From Candidatus Woesearchaeota archaeon (GTDB taxonomy: Archaea > Nanobdellota > Nanobdellia > Pacearchaeales > GW2011-AR1), in NCBI GenBank assembly GCA_964526265.1, contig CAZGIL010000003.1, positions 13,063 through 45,062 on the forward strand: 32,000 bases of DNA. Reading direction: 5' to 3'. A model generated the notes under the pieces. The model did not search any database. It was not told the DNA's origin and saw only the letters and a program-made list of their open reading frames with translations. Below, piece after piece: positions 7,532 to 15,663 of the stretch (positions within the stretch are counted from its first letter, which is position 1; each line of letters starts with the position of its first letter). Both the position numbers and the translations under genes were made by a program.

Positions 7532-9013
7532 ATGGAACTAAAAATAAAATTATTGAAGTGGTCAGCAGGATTGCCTGTTGCAATGATAGACACTAAAACC
7601 GCAGAAAAATTGGGGATACACCCCAAAGATAGAATTTTTATTAAGACCGTCTCAAAAAAATCAAAAGAGTTCTCCAGCATTGTGGATACGGTTGACGGTC
7701 TGATAAAAAGAAATGAGTTGGCCATCTCTTTTGAACTAAAGGAGGTTCTTGGGATAAGAAACGGCGAAAAAGTAAAAGTTAATCTTGAGGAAGATCCTCT
7801 CAGCATAACCTTTATACGTAAAAAGCTGGATGGAAAAGAACTTTCTGAAAGAGAAATTAAAGAAATTATAAGAGATATTGTAGACAATTCTCTTTCCGAA
7901 GCAGAGGTGGCGTTATTTATTTCTGCGATGTATAAAAAGGGGACAACGATGAAAGAGACAATTTATCTCATTAAAGCAATTTCACAAACCGGAAAAAAAT
8001 TACATTTCAGGGAAAAGTATGTTGTAGATAAACATTCGATAGGGGGGATTGCTGGAAACAGAACTACTCCGATAGTTGTCTCCATATGCACTTCTTGTGG
8101 TTTAACTATGCCAAAATCTTCATCAAGAGCCATAACAAGTGCTGCGGGTACCGCAGATGTAATAGAATCAATCGCAAAAGTAAACTTTTCTGTGGTAGAT
8201 ATAAAACGTATTGTGAGAAAAACCGGTGGATGCCTTGTCTGGGGGGGAGGTTTAGGAGTTGCTCCCGCCGATGATAAAATTATACAAATAGAAAAACAAC
8301 TTGGGATTGACCCGGAAGCACAACTGCTTGCGTCGATAATGGCGAAAAAACTTTCGATGGGAAGTAAGTATATACTCATAGACATTCCTTACGGAAAAAC
8401 AGCAAAGGTTGATAAAAAGAATGGACTAAAACTAAAAAAGAAGTTTGAATATCTTGGGAAAGTTTTTAAGAAAAAGATAGAATGTGTTCTAACCGATGGA
8501 AGCCAACCAATGGGAAGTGGAGTTGGTCCCGCTCTTGAGTTGAACGATGTTTTATCCGTTCTAACACAAGAAACCGGGAGGCCTCTTGATTTGGAGAATA
8601 AATCTGTTTTTCTTGCAGGGAAACTTTTGGAGATGACCAACCAAGCAAGCAAAGGAAAAGGAATAAAGATGGCTCAGGAAAATCTCGTTTCAGGAAAAGC
8701 ATATAAAAAATTTGTTGAAATTATTAGGGCTCAGGGAGGGGAGGTTAAAAAAATACCCTTTGCGAAATACAAAAAAGAAATAATTTCCAATAAAAACGGA
8801 AAAGTAAAACTTATTGATAATAAAAAAATAAACATGACTGCACGTATTGCCGGATGTCCTGCGGATAAAAGGGCGGGGTTATTAATTGATATTTCGGTTG
8901 GAGACCGGGTTAAAAAAGGAAAAAGAATTCTTACAATTTACTCTGAATCCAAATCAAGGTTAAATCAGGCATTAAAATACTTTAGAACCGAAAAACCTAT
9001 ACTCCTAAGTTAA
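7532..9013 (+). CDS. deoA: AMP phosphorylase (archaeal thymidine-phosphorylase-family DeoA)
   Basis: 493 aa. The N-terminal extra domain MELKIKLLKWSAGLPVAMIDTKTAEKLGIHPKDRIFIK is typical of AMPpase. HSIGGIAGNRTTPIVV and SSRAITSAAGTAD are family motifs. GAGG lies upstream. Confidence 0.85.
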   Translation: MELKIKLLKWSAGLPVAMIDTKTAEKLGIHPKDRIFIKTVSKKSKEFSSIVDTVDGLIKRNELAISFELKEVLGIRNGEKVKVNLEEDPLSITFIRKKLDGKELSEREIKEIIRDIVDNSLSEAEVALFISAMYKKGTTMKETIYLIKAISQTGKKLHFREKYVVDKHSIGGIAGNRTTPIVVSICTSCGLTMPKSSSRAITSAAGTADVIESIAKVNFSVVDIKRIVRKTGGCLVWGGGLGVAPADDKIIQIEKQLGIDPEAQLLASIMAKKLSMGSKYILIDIPYGKTAKVDKKNGLKLKKKFEYLGKVFKKKIECVLTDGSQPMGSGVGPALELNDVLSVLTQETGRPLDLENKSVFLAGKLLEMTNQASKGKGIKMAQENLVSGKAYKKFVEIIRAQGGEVKKIPFAKYKKEIISNKNGKVKLIDNKKINMTARIAGCPADKRAGLLIDISVGDRVKKGKRILTIYSESKSRLNQALKYFRTEKPILLS

Positions 9014-9052
9014 TCACAACTAATTTTTTAAACTAGCGCACTTTCTATTTTC

Positions 9053-9325
9053 ATGGCCGAAGTTAATTACAGAAGACATCTCGTTGAATATTTTAAAAAA
9101 AATGTTAAAAAGGGGTATACAGAGGATTCTCTTAGATGGGCGCTAGTAAAACAAGGGTATTCTAGAACCGCGGTTGATTTAGCGATAAATCAAGCTCACA
9201 AAGAGATGGCCGATGAAGCTCCGGTATTAAAAGAAAAACCCAAAATAACCTATACCGTTGTTGATGAAAATGATAGGCCCATTACTTTAAAAAAACCCTG
9301 GTGGAAACGGTTATTTGGATTTTAG
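9053..9325 (+). CDS. Small hypothetical protein
   Basis: 90-aa ORF with an ATG start in an otherwise empty interval. Helical GY-containing repeats (KKGYTEDSLRWAL, KQGYSRTAVDLAI). No family assignment. Confidence 0.45.
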   Translation: MAEVNYRRHLVEYFKKNVKKGYTEDSLRWALVKQGYSRTAVDLAINQAHKEMADEAPVLKEKPKITYTVVDENDRPITLKKPWWKRLFGF

Positions 9326-9373
9326 AGCTCAAACATAACCTTTAAAACTCAATAATTAATCATTCTATTATAA

Positions 9374-9454
9374 GCCTCCGTGGCACAATGGTACTGCACC
9401 TGCCTTGAGAGCAGGGCCCTTACGGGCTTCCCGGTTCGATTCCGGGCGGGGGCG
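9374..9454 (+). tRNA. tRNA-Ser (anticodon UGA), class II with a long variable arm; no encoded CCA
   Basis: Hand fold. Acceptor GCCTCCG/CGGGGGC (one G-U pair). Anticodon stem CCTGC/GCAGG with loop CTTGAGA. Variable arm GCCC-TTAC-GGGC. T arm CCCGG-TTCGATT-CCGGG. Discriminator G. A GC-rich island in AT-rich DNA. Confidence 0.9.
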
Positions 9455-9575
9455 TTTACACCCCAGAAATTAATCTATAAAATAAGTGGGCGTTTTCTTT
9501 ATATTAATCAATCTTCATAAAAGATATAAACTTCAATGCTCTTTATATTTAATGCACGAATCAGTAGAAAGTATT

Positions 9576-9989
9576 ATGTGTATGGAGCATAAAAGAATAA
9601 TTTCTTATATTACTGATTTTGAGATAGCCTTCGGTTTGGATAAGAAGGAGGCAAAGCGAAGATGGCGGAAGCTAAAATGGAATATTGAGAAACACTTTTT
9701 TGTTGAAGAAAAAGCGATTTTTAATTTTTTTAATGATGTTTCTGGAGAAGAGATATCAGAAATATTTGCAATCATGGACGAACACGGAAAGATTCTCGCT
9801 TTAGTTAAGGAAATTGAAAGAAATTTAAAAAACGAGGATATTACCCCCGAGACAATAAAGCTAAAAATGCTTTTATCGAGTCACACAAACTTTGAAGACT
9901 CTACAATTTATCCTATGCTTGATTCTAGGCTAAACGACGAACAAAAAAGAGAAATAATCAATCGTGCACAAGAGATTATTCGGGGATAA
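9576..9989 (+). CDS. Hemerythrin-like (HHE cation-binding) domain protein
   Basis: Spaced H/E motifs: EHKRII, KHFFVEEKAIF, MDEHGKI, SHTNFEDSTIYP. Start set at ATG 9576, 34 nt from TTTATATT at 9542-9549. ATG 9552 is an alternative, and the track's GTG at 9486 is unlikely. Confidence 0.6.
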   Translation: MCMEHKRIISYITDFEIAFGLDKKEAKRRWRKLKWNIEKHFFVEEKAIFNFFNDVSGEEISEIFAIMDEHGKILALVKEIERNLKNEDITPETIKLKMLLSSHTNFEDSTIYPMLDSRLNDEQKREIINRAQEIIRG

Positions 9990-11928
9990 TCTCTTTTTCA
10001 AACGCTTCTAAAACTCTCGTATCCGGAGAGAGTACATATACATGGTCTTTTTTAGAACGCAATCCCCGATAAACCTTTTGCCATAACTCTCTTCTAGCCT
10101 TATCTTTGTAAAAATCCCAATAGTGTTGTGGCTTTGTTTTGTTTAGTATCCTCCAAAAAGCATCCTTAACATTTGGGTTGGGATATTTTGTAAAAACGAT
10201 ACTGTTACACTCTTCTCCAGGAAAGTCTATGCCTCTTGAAGCTCTTGTTGAAAAAAGAACATCCGTTTGTTTATTCTTAAATCTCTCAATCAATTTCCCT
10301 GTTTTATCTTCATCCTGTATTTCTCTTAGTTTTTCTCTACTGATGAGGTTATCAATATCAAATTCTTCAAGCTCTTTTTCAGAAGGCAGGTCCGTGAAAC
10401 TATTTATGTGAACGAGGAGAGGTTTTTTTGCCTGTTCCACACATTTGCTGAGGCATTTAAGATAAGAACTTCTATCAAATTTTCCAGCATAAAAATTGGA
10501 GTATCTACAATCCATTTCCATCCCATTTCTTAAGACTTCTATTCTTCCTTGCTGTTTTGTCTCTGCATCTATTACCTTAAAATCTTCAAGTCCAAAAACC
10601 TCTCTTAAAACAACATCTGAATGTAAGGTTCCGGACATTAATACAATCTGCTTGTTTTTGTCCACCATTTCTTTAAATCTCTTTGCGAGATTTGTTGTCA
10701 CAACACTCACGAGAAGATTGTTCTCTCTCCTGCTGAAAGTAAGATATGTTTCATCAAAGAAACCCTCAAACATTTTGGCTGTTTCCTCAACTTCAAAAAG
10801 ATAACTTTCATCATCGATTTCACTCTCTCTTAGAACTTCTGGATTTTTTAATAAAATGTTAAATAAATCATAAATTCCAGTTTCTTTTATAAGAATTATG
10901 GCTTCGGATTCAATAGAATCAGCAATTCTCGCATCTTTTTTAAGATGTTTTATTAGGATTGCAATTTCTTCAAAAATTTCATCTCCTCTTTCATTTACGC
11001 TAAAAGCATTTATCAAAGAGTTCTGGAGTCTGTCTATGTTTATTGTTCTTTGATTTGAGAAACCGTCTAAAAACTCATCACACTCGTCTATAATTTCAAC
11101 TTCGGTTTTTGGTTTTCTATTAAGTATGGATTCGAGTTTGTACTTGAGAGAATTAAATACAATTACATCCGCATCAATATAGGAATTAAATTGTTCGTAA
11201 AATTTGCATCCAAATCTTCTCTGATAAAAAATAAATTTAGTATTTTGTAGCCCCTCATAACTCCTTTTTATTGAATTTACAAAACTTGCTCCTCCAAGTT
11301 CGTATTTGTCGGGGATAACTGGAGACCAATAAGGACACACTCCCGCAACCGAGACTCTCTTAACATCTCTCAACTCTTTTATTTTGGTGGGGTCAATATC
11401 TTTATTTTGTTTCAGATATTTTTTTATTTTGTTCCAGTTTTTTTCTTTTATCTCTATCTTACAAGGAAGTTCCGTATTGTCTGCGGACTTATCTTCCTCT
11501 CTTTTTGCGAGATATTTTTCTCTCACTCCTTCAAATATGTCGTATAGGTTAGAATTTGTTTCTTTTTTCTCTGAAACAATAATCTGATTATCTTCAAAAA
11601 ACTTGCAATGATGGTTTTTTCTACCAGTTATTACACTTATCTTTAGTTTTTCTCCATTATCCTTTTTTAGATAGGTATCTTCCTCATAATCTTTTTTGTA
11701 TTGTGCCTGCAAGTTTTTCCCAGGAACTACAATAGAAGTTTTTCCCAATTTTCTTGCAATATTTAGTGCAATTGCAGATTTTCCGGTACCGCATATTCCC
11801 CTAATAAAGATAATTTTATGTCCTTCTTTTATTGCATCAAGGACTTCTTTAACAACATCTTTTTGAGATTTTCCATTTGAAAAACATAAGGGTTCTAGAA
11901 ATTTATCTTTTTTGTATAGGCTCCACAT
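9976..11928 (-). CDS. Superfamily-2 helicase, XPD/Rad3/DinG-like
   Basis: Walker A GICGTGKSAIAL, DEAH-like IIDECDEF, and a C-terminal VLFSTRASRGIDFPGEECNSIVFTKYP resembling the helicase C_2 domain. Four dispersed Cys lie between motifs I and II. ATG 11928 preferred over TTG 11934. Confidence 0.65.
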   Translation of the reverse strand: MWSLYKKDKFLEPLCFSNGKSQKDVVKEVLDAIKEGHKIIFIRGICGTGKSAIALNIARKLGKTSIVVPGKNLQAQYKKDYEEDTYLKKDNGEKLKISVITGRKNHHCKFFEDNQIIVSEKKETNSNLYDIFEGVREKYLAKREEDKSADNTELPCKIEIKEKNWNKIKKYLKQNKDIDPTKIKELRDVKRVSVAGVCPYWSPVIPDKYELGGASFVNSIKRSYEGLQNTKFIFYQRRFGCKFYEQFNSYIDADVIVFNSLKYKLESILNRKPKTEVEIIDECDEFLDGFSNQRTINIDRLQNSLINAFSVNERGDEIFEEIAILIKHLKKDARIADSIESEAIILIKETGIYDLFNILLKNPEVLRESEIDDESYLFEVEETAKMFEGFFDETYLTFSRRENNLLVSVVTTNLAKRFKEMVDKNKQIVLMSGTLHSDVVLREVFGLEDFKVIDAETKQQGRIEVLRNGMEMDCRYSNFYAGKFDRSSYLKCLSKCVEQAKKPLLVHINSFTDLPSEKELEEFDIDNLISREKLREIQDEDKTGKLIERFKNKQTDVLFSTRASRGIDFPGEECNSIVFTKYPNPNVKDAFWRILNKTKPQHYWDFYKDKARRELWQKVYRGLRSKKDHVYVLSPDTRVLEAFEKEIIPE

Positions 11929-12024
11929 CTTCAAGTGAAAGGAGAAATTTTTGTTCGGTTATAAAATTATCTGCACTCGTGTTCAAACTAGAAAAGTTGG
12001 GGCTTAGTGAATTGATAAAAAAAT

Positions 12025-12312
12025 TTAACCAAACAACGCACTAAGTCCTTCTGCCGCAGCTTCTTTCTTTTCTTCTTTTGGCGCTTCTTCTTTCTTTGCT
12101 TCAACCGGTGCCCCTGCAGCCGGTGCAGCCATAGCCAAACTAGCTGATTCCAGCTCTTTTGCTATATCTACGCCCTTCAGACTGGCCATAAGTGACTTGA
12201 TCTGTGCCTCGTCAACTACAACACCAGCAGCTTCGACAACCTTTTTCAAATTCGCTTCACTGACATCTTTGCCAGCTTTGTGCAACAAAAGTGCCGCATA
12301 TATGTTTTCCAT
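12025..12312 (-). CDS. rpl12: 50S ribosomal stalk protein P1 (aL12)
   Basis: [30 protein letters not shown], then an Ala/Pro/Glu/Lys hinge, then the canonical C-terminus EGLSALFG. The true ATG at 12312 lies 1 nt after the P0 stop. The track's longer ORF is an out-of-context extension. Confidence 0.93.
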   Translation of the reverse strand: MENIYAALLLHKAGKDVSEANLKKVVEAAGVVVDEAQIKSLMASLKGVDIAKELESASLAMAAPAAGAPVEAKKEEAPKEEKKEAAAEGLSALFG

Positions 12313-12313
12313 T

Positions 12314-13243
12314 TTATTTTCCCTCCTCAGAGGTTTTATTTTCTGATGGAGTTTGAGTTTCTTTGCCCTCGGCAGAGGGTACACCCTTAGGTGCCTTTAC
12401 TTCTTCTGTAGGTTCTTCAGCTATTAGTTCCTTATTCCCCTCTTCCGCTTCAACTTTCACGTCAACAACTGGCTTTAATTTTTCCAGTGTTTTAGCATGA
12501 GATTCTGCCTTTGCAAGCAAAAATCCAATCGTATCTTTAGAAGTGTGTCCGATAGAAACCGCAAAAGGTAACGATCTCGAATAAGCTTCTTTTAGTAATT
12601 TGAGGGTTGCTTCTCTATCAATTTTAATTTCCTTGTACATTTTTCCTTCTTTCAAATCAAGAGCAGATAGAGGAATAAATCCAACAGAAAATGGTCTAAT
12701 ATCCAGCTTGCTCATAACATCCGCGGCGTTTTGAGATATTTTTTCTCCCTTCCTTGCGATTATTTTTTCCGATTTAATATAAATTTTACCTTCCTTTATT
12801 TCTATAGGAATTCCAACCGCACCCAACTCACTTATTGCAGGCCCGGGGACTAAATCTGTTGGTCCGGGTTGAACTTTAATATCTTCAGGAGCCTCTTGTC
12901 CTGCCTTTGCCTTTGCGGGGTTTTTGTTTCTCAATAAATCTCCTGCCAAATCAAAAGCATCATTATCCGAAAAAAGTATTGCGGTACTATCTCCAATGTA
13001 CTGTTCTAATTCCTTTGTATGCTCAATTCCCGAGTTATCCAACGCCAAAAACATAAGATTTTTTCTAGGAACTTTTATTATTGCTTTTCCTCTCAATTTT
13101 TTACAAACTTCCTGAAACTGCGCTGCAGGGAGATTCTTTATTGATGCAAGGAGGATAGTTTTTTTTGATTTTATTAGTCCAATAAGGTCTTTTACTATCT
13201 TTTTCTTAGCTTCAGAGACGTGGGTTGATTTTTTTCCTGACAT
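12314..13243 (-). CDS. rplp0: 50S ribosomal stalk protein P0 (uL10)
   Basis: 309-aa ORF between L1 and P1. N-terminal [33 protein letters not shown] and [13 protein letters not shown] are typical of archaeal P0. The C-terminus is atypical (see findings). Confidence 0.9.
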   Translation of the reverse strand: MSGKKSTHVSEAKKKIVKDLIGLIKSKKTILLASIKNLPAAQFQEVCKKLRGKAIIKVPRKNLMFLALDNSGIEHTKELEQYIGDSTAILFSDNDAFDLAGDLLRNKNPAKAKAGQEAPEDIKVQPGPTDLVPGPAISELGAVGIPIEIKEGKIYIKSEKIIARKGEKISQNAADVMSKLDIRPFSVGFIPLSALDLKEGKMYKEIKIDREATLKLLKEAYSRSLPFAVSIGHTSKDTIGFLLAKAESHAKTLEKLKPVVDVKVEAEEGNKELIAEEPTEEVKAPKGVPSAEGKETQTPSENKTSEEGK

Positions 13244-13244
13244 T

Positions 13245-13874
13245 TTATCTTACCTTTATTTTTTGAGGTTTAGTCATAGTGAATTTTATTTCTATATTCT
13301 TAATATTATCTTTATCTCTTGTAAGAGCCTTGAGAGATGCGTTGTAAATAACCATAATATTCTCAATTATCTCTTCATCTTTCATGCTCTGTTTTCCCAC
13401 AGACATCTTTATACTCGCCTCTTTAGTTCTTATCTTCATACTCTGATTTATTTTCTCTTTTAGATCGTTAAAGGCTTTATCATCAGCGTTCATAATTATT
13501 CCAAGTTGTGGAGAAGGCATTTTTCCTGCTGGTCCCAAAACCCTACCAAAAGCTGTAGCAACCCTAGGCATTACACTTGCTTGTGCTATGAAGAAATCAA
13601 ATTTACTCACTAATTTTTTAAGTACACTTTTATTTGAATATTTTTTGAAATCCGCGGGGGTTATTGTTTCAAAATTATTATTTTTTACTTCTAAAAATGC
13701 TGCTATTTTTTTGTCTTTAATTTTATGAGGAATGCTTATAAAAAGATTAAGGGGATTCTTTTTTATATCATATTTCTGGAGATTTATAATTAAGTCTACC
13801 GACTGATCAAATTTTCTTGGTTCGGTTTTTCGCAATTCAACTAGTGCTTTCTTTAAGTCTTCTTTCAGATCCAT
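13245..13874 (-). CDS. rpl1: 50S ribosomal protein L1 (uL1)
   Basis: 209-aa ORF with FDQSVDLIINL, RVLGPAGKMPSP and KMSVGK motifs of uL1. First gene of the L1-P0-P1 operon. Confidence 0.93.
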   Translation of the reverse strand: MDLKEDLKKALVELRKTEPRKFDQSVDLIINLQKYDIKKNPLNLFISIPHKIKDKKIAAFLEVKNNNFETITPADFKKYSNKSVLKKLVSKFDFFIAQASVMPRVATAFGRVLGPAGKMPSPQLGIIMNADDKAFNDLKEKINQSMKIRTKEASIKMSVGKQSMKDEEIIENIMVIYNASLKALTRDKDNIKNIEIKFTMTKPQKIKVR

Positions 13875-13887
13875 TTTGTATTATCTC

Positions 13888-13933
13888 CTACATTATGCGC
13901 CCGCATCCAGAAAAATGGATTTCGGCGATGTAG
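13888..13933 (-). promoter_or_regulatory. GC-rich three-segment hairpin in the L1 mRNA leader; candidate L1 autoregulatory site
   Basis: mRNA sense: CUACAU-CGCC-GAA-AUCCA-UUUUUC-UGGAU-GCG-GGCG-CAUA-AUGUAG (6+4+5 bp). Its 3' arm abuts the GGAG Shine-Dalgarno at 13888-13885, upstream of the ATG at 13874. Confidence 0.5.
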
Positions 13934-13962
13934 TTAATGATGAAAACTCGAGATTTTGTACA

Positions 13963-13970
13963 TTTATAAA
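13963..13970. promoter_or_regulatory. Palindromic TATA box TTTATAAA between the divergent L1 operon and ORF 14016
   Basis: This is the only TATA-like element in the divergent spacer. On the minus strand it would place the L1 transcript start just upstream of the leader hairpin. Confidence 0.4.
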
Positions 13971-14015
13971 CCTTACCACAATAATACTTAAAAATGGTGT
14001 TTGTTATTTTCAACC

Positions 14016-14366
14016 ATGGAACTCGTTGCATTATTATCTTCTGGGCAAGGAACCTGGGCGCAGGTTTCTGGGTTGATGAAATACGGCGAGTGGGATAAAA
14101 TAATTCTCGTTGGGGGAGATTTTGCAAAAGATTTCAAACACGAAAAGCCGTTTGAATTTGTGAAGGTTGATTTGAATGGGAAATTAAAAGAATTGCGTGA
14201 TGAGATTATTGAAAAGTTAAAAGGAAAAATAGACGGAACGGAAGTTGCTCTCAGTGTAGCAAGCGGAGACGGAAAGGAGCACATGGCTTTAATCTCGGGG
14301 TTATTGTCAATTCCAGCAGGGGTTAGATTCGTTGCGCTTACAAAAGAGGGTGTTATTTATTTGTAA
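14016..14366 (+). CDS. Small conserved-looking hypothetical protein (alpha/beta, Gly-rich N-terminal loop)
   Basis: ORF from ATG 14016: MELVALLSSGQGTWAQV...ILVGGD...ALSVASGDGKEHMALISGLL. Alternating strand/helix pattern. No family named with confidence. Confidence 0.55.
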   Translation: MELVALLSSGQGTWAQVSGLMKYGEWDKIILVGGDFAKDFKHEKPFEFVKVDLNGKLKELRDEIIEKLKGKIDGTEVALSVASGDGKEHMALISGLLSIPAGVRFVALTKEGVIYL

Positions 14367-14408
14367 GGTTTAACTTATCGTGGGGGCATTAATCCTTAGG
14401 ATTAAATC
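14365..14408 (+). repeat. Island repeat copy 1 (G5 box TCGTGGGGGCATT plus hairpin TTAATCC-TTA-GGATTAA)
   Basis: AAGGTTTAACTTATCGTGGGGGCATTAATCCTTAGGATTAAATC. It begins inside the stop codon of ORF 14016-14366. 39/44 identical to copy 3 by hand alignment. Confidence 0.85.
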
Positions 14409-14520
14409 TCCTACATAAACCGAATAGTTAGCGAGGTTTATGGTTCACTGCCCCCCAACAGCGTATTACTATTTGGTTGAGTGCGCTAATGGAGAGTTGA
14501 ACCTACACAAATCGAAAGAC

Positions 14521-14550
14521 TTATAAACTATGGTAATTTAAGTTACCATA
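14521..14550 (+). promoter_or_regulatory. Promoter and operator of the MNT-HEPN operon
   Basis: TTATAAA lies at 14521-14527, about 30 nt before the ATG at 14550. An 8-bp inverted repeat, TATGGTAA (14529-14536) and TTACCATA (14543-14550), fills the TATA-to-start interval and ends on the A of the start codon. Confidence 0.55.
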
Positions 14551-15170
14551 TGGTAGAAAATATTAACAATATCAAGTTAAGACTAATCAGCTTATTTAGA
14601 AGTAATTATTTTAATCAGTTTCACATAAGAGAAATGGCTAAACTTATAGGAAAGAGTCATGTTAGTTTACTCCCACACCTAAAGAGCTTTGAGAAAGATA
14701 AGATACTTATATCAAAGGATGTAGGAAAGAGCAGGGTTTATTCGCTTAACTTGGAAAACAATCAAGTAAGAGAGTTTTTGTCTTTGAGTGAGAAGAAAGA
14801 AACATTAGACTTACTAAACAAAGAGTTTTTAATAAAAAAACTACATACTGAGTTCCTTAACTTAAATTTAAATGGTTGTTTGATTTTATTTGGGAGTTAT
14901 GTTTCTTCAACACATAACAAGGAAAGTGATATTGATTTAATGTATATTGGGGAATTGAAAGAAAACGAAAAGAATAAGATAAAACAATTTGGCAAAACCT
15001 ACAACAAAGAAATACATCTAACTTCTATGAACTTAAAGCAATTCAAAGAGCAACTCTCTAAACAAGGAGCACTAATCAAAGAAATTGTAATGAACCACAT
15101 AATTTTATATAATCATGATATTTTTATCAATGAAGTATGGAGGCATTACTATGAACGAAAAGAAAGATAG
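14550..15170 (+). CDS. wHTH-fused minimal nucleotidyltransferase (MNT-type antitoxin-like)
   Basis: N-terminal winged-helix-like FHIREMAKLIGKSHVSLLPHLKSFEKDKILISKDVGKSRVYSLN. NTase signature LFGSYVSSTHNKESDIDLMYIG (GS...D.D). Confidence 0.8.
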   Translation: MVENINNIKLRLISLFRSNYFNQFHIREMAKLIGKSHVSLLPHLKSFEKDKILISKDVGKSRVYSLNLENNQVREFLSLSEKKETLDLLNKEFLIKKLHTEFLNLNLNGCLILFGSYVSSTHNKESDIDLMYIGELKENEKNKIKQFGKTYNKEIHLTSMNLKQFKEQLSKQGALIKEIVMNHIILYNHDIFINEVWRHYYERKER

Positions 15171-15663
15171 TCATTCATTTTGTTTTAAAAAGGCTGGCGG
15201 TTTAAAACTTGTTAATCTTAACGAAAGGCTTGTAGAAGTTTATAAGAAAAAGTCAAGGTCAGCACTAAACATGCTTGAGTCAGCTAAAGAAAAACAAGAG
15301 GATGAATGGATTTTAGATACTTCTTACTACGCAAAATATTTTATGGTTTATGCCTTGTTTATGAAAGTAGGAATAAAATCAGAAATACATGACTGCACTA
15401 TCTTTGCCTTAAATTCATTGTTTGTGGAAGAAGGAATAGTTGACAAAAATATTTATGAAGAACTCGAAAAGTCTAAGGATTTGAGAGTTGGAGCTCTTTA
15501 TTATGACAAAGACTTTGGTAGAGAAGAAATATTAAAGAGGGCTAAAACTGCTCCAGAATTCTGTTTAAAAGTAGAATCAATTTTGGACAAGATTACAAGA
15601 GAAGATATTGAGAAAGTAAGAACTAAATTTAATGTTTTAAAAACGGATTTATTAAAGCAATAA
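15151..15663 (+). CDS. HEPN-domain protein (toxin-like partner of the MNT)
   Basis: Start at ATG 15151, preceded by GGAGG, overlapping the MNT gene by 20 nt. All-helical. YYAKYFMVYALFMKVGIKSEIHDCTIFAL resembles archaeal HEPN partners of MNTs. Assignment rests on motif memory plus gene context. Confidence 0.65.
   Translation: MNEKKDSHSFCFKKAGGLKLVNLNERLVEVYKKKSRSALNMLESAKEKQEDEWILDTSYYAKYFMVYALFMKVGIKSEIHDCTIFALNSLFVEEGIVDKNIYEELEKSKDLRVGALYYDKDFGREEILKRAKTAPEFCLKVESILDKITREDIEKVRTKFNVLKTDLLKQ

Noticed and set aside
12313-12384. Track ORF 12025-12384, giving P1 a 24-aa N-terminal extension
   Set aside because: The extension ([14 protein letters not shown]...) overlaps the P0 C-terminus in another frame and is not P1-like. 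The canonical P1 N-terminus begins at ATG 12312.
13994-14098. A 34-codon ORF starting at ATG 13994, exactly 31 nt from the TATA box (leaderless spacing)
   Set aside because: It is very short, lies in a different frame overlapping the better-supported ORF 14016-14366, and has no recognisable features. It cannot be supported from sequence alone.
13876-14284. ORFs 13876-14076 (+), 13888-14127 (-) and 13988-14284 (-)
   Set aside because: They span the L1 leader and promoter region or lie antisense to ORF 14016-14366. They have an odd Cys/Phe/Ser-rich composition and no start context.
14382-14455. Possible tRNA or split-tRNA half: 74 nt, a 7-bp terminal stem and U at position 8
   Set aside because: There are only two internal hairpins. 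The first has a 3-nt loop, which is not D-arm-like. There is no T arm or GTTC-type loop, and the second loop is 13 nt. The cloverleaf cannot be drawn.
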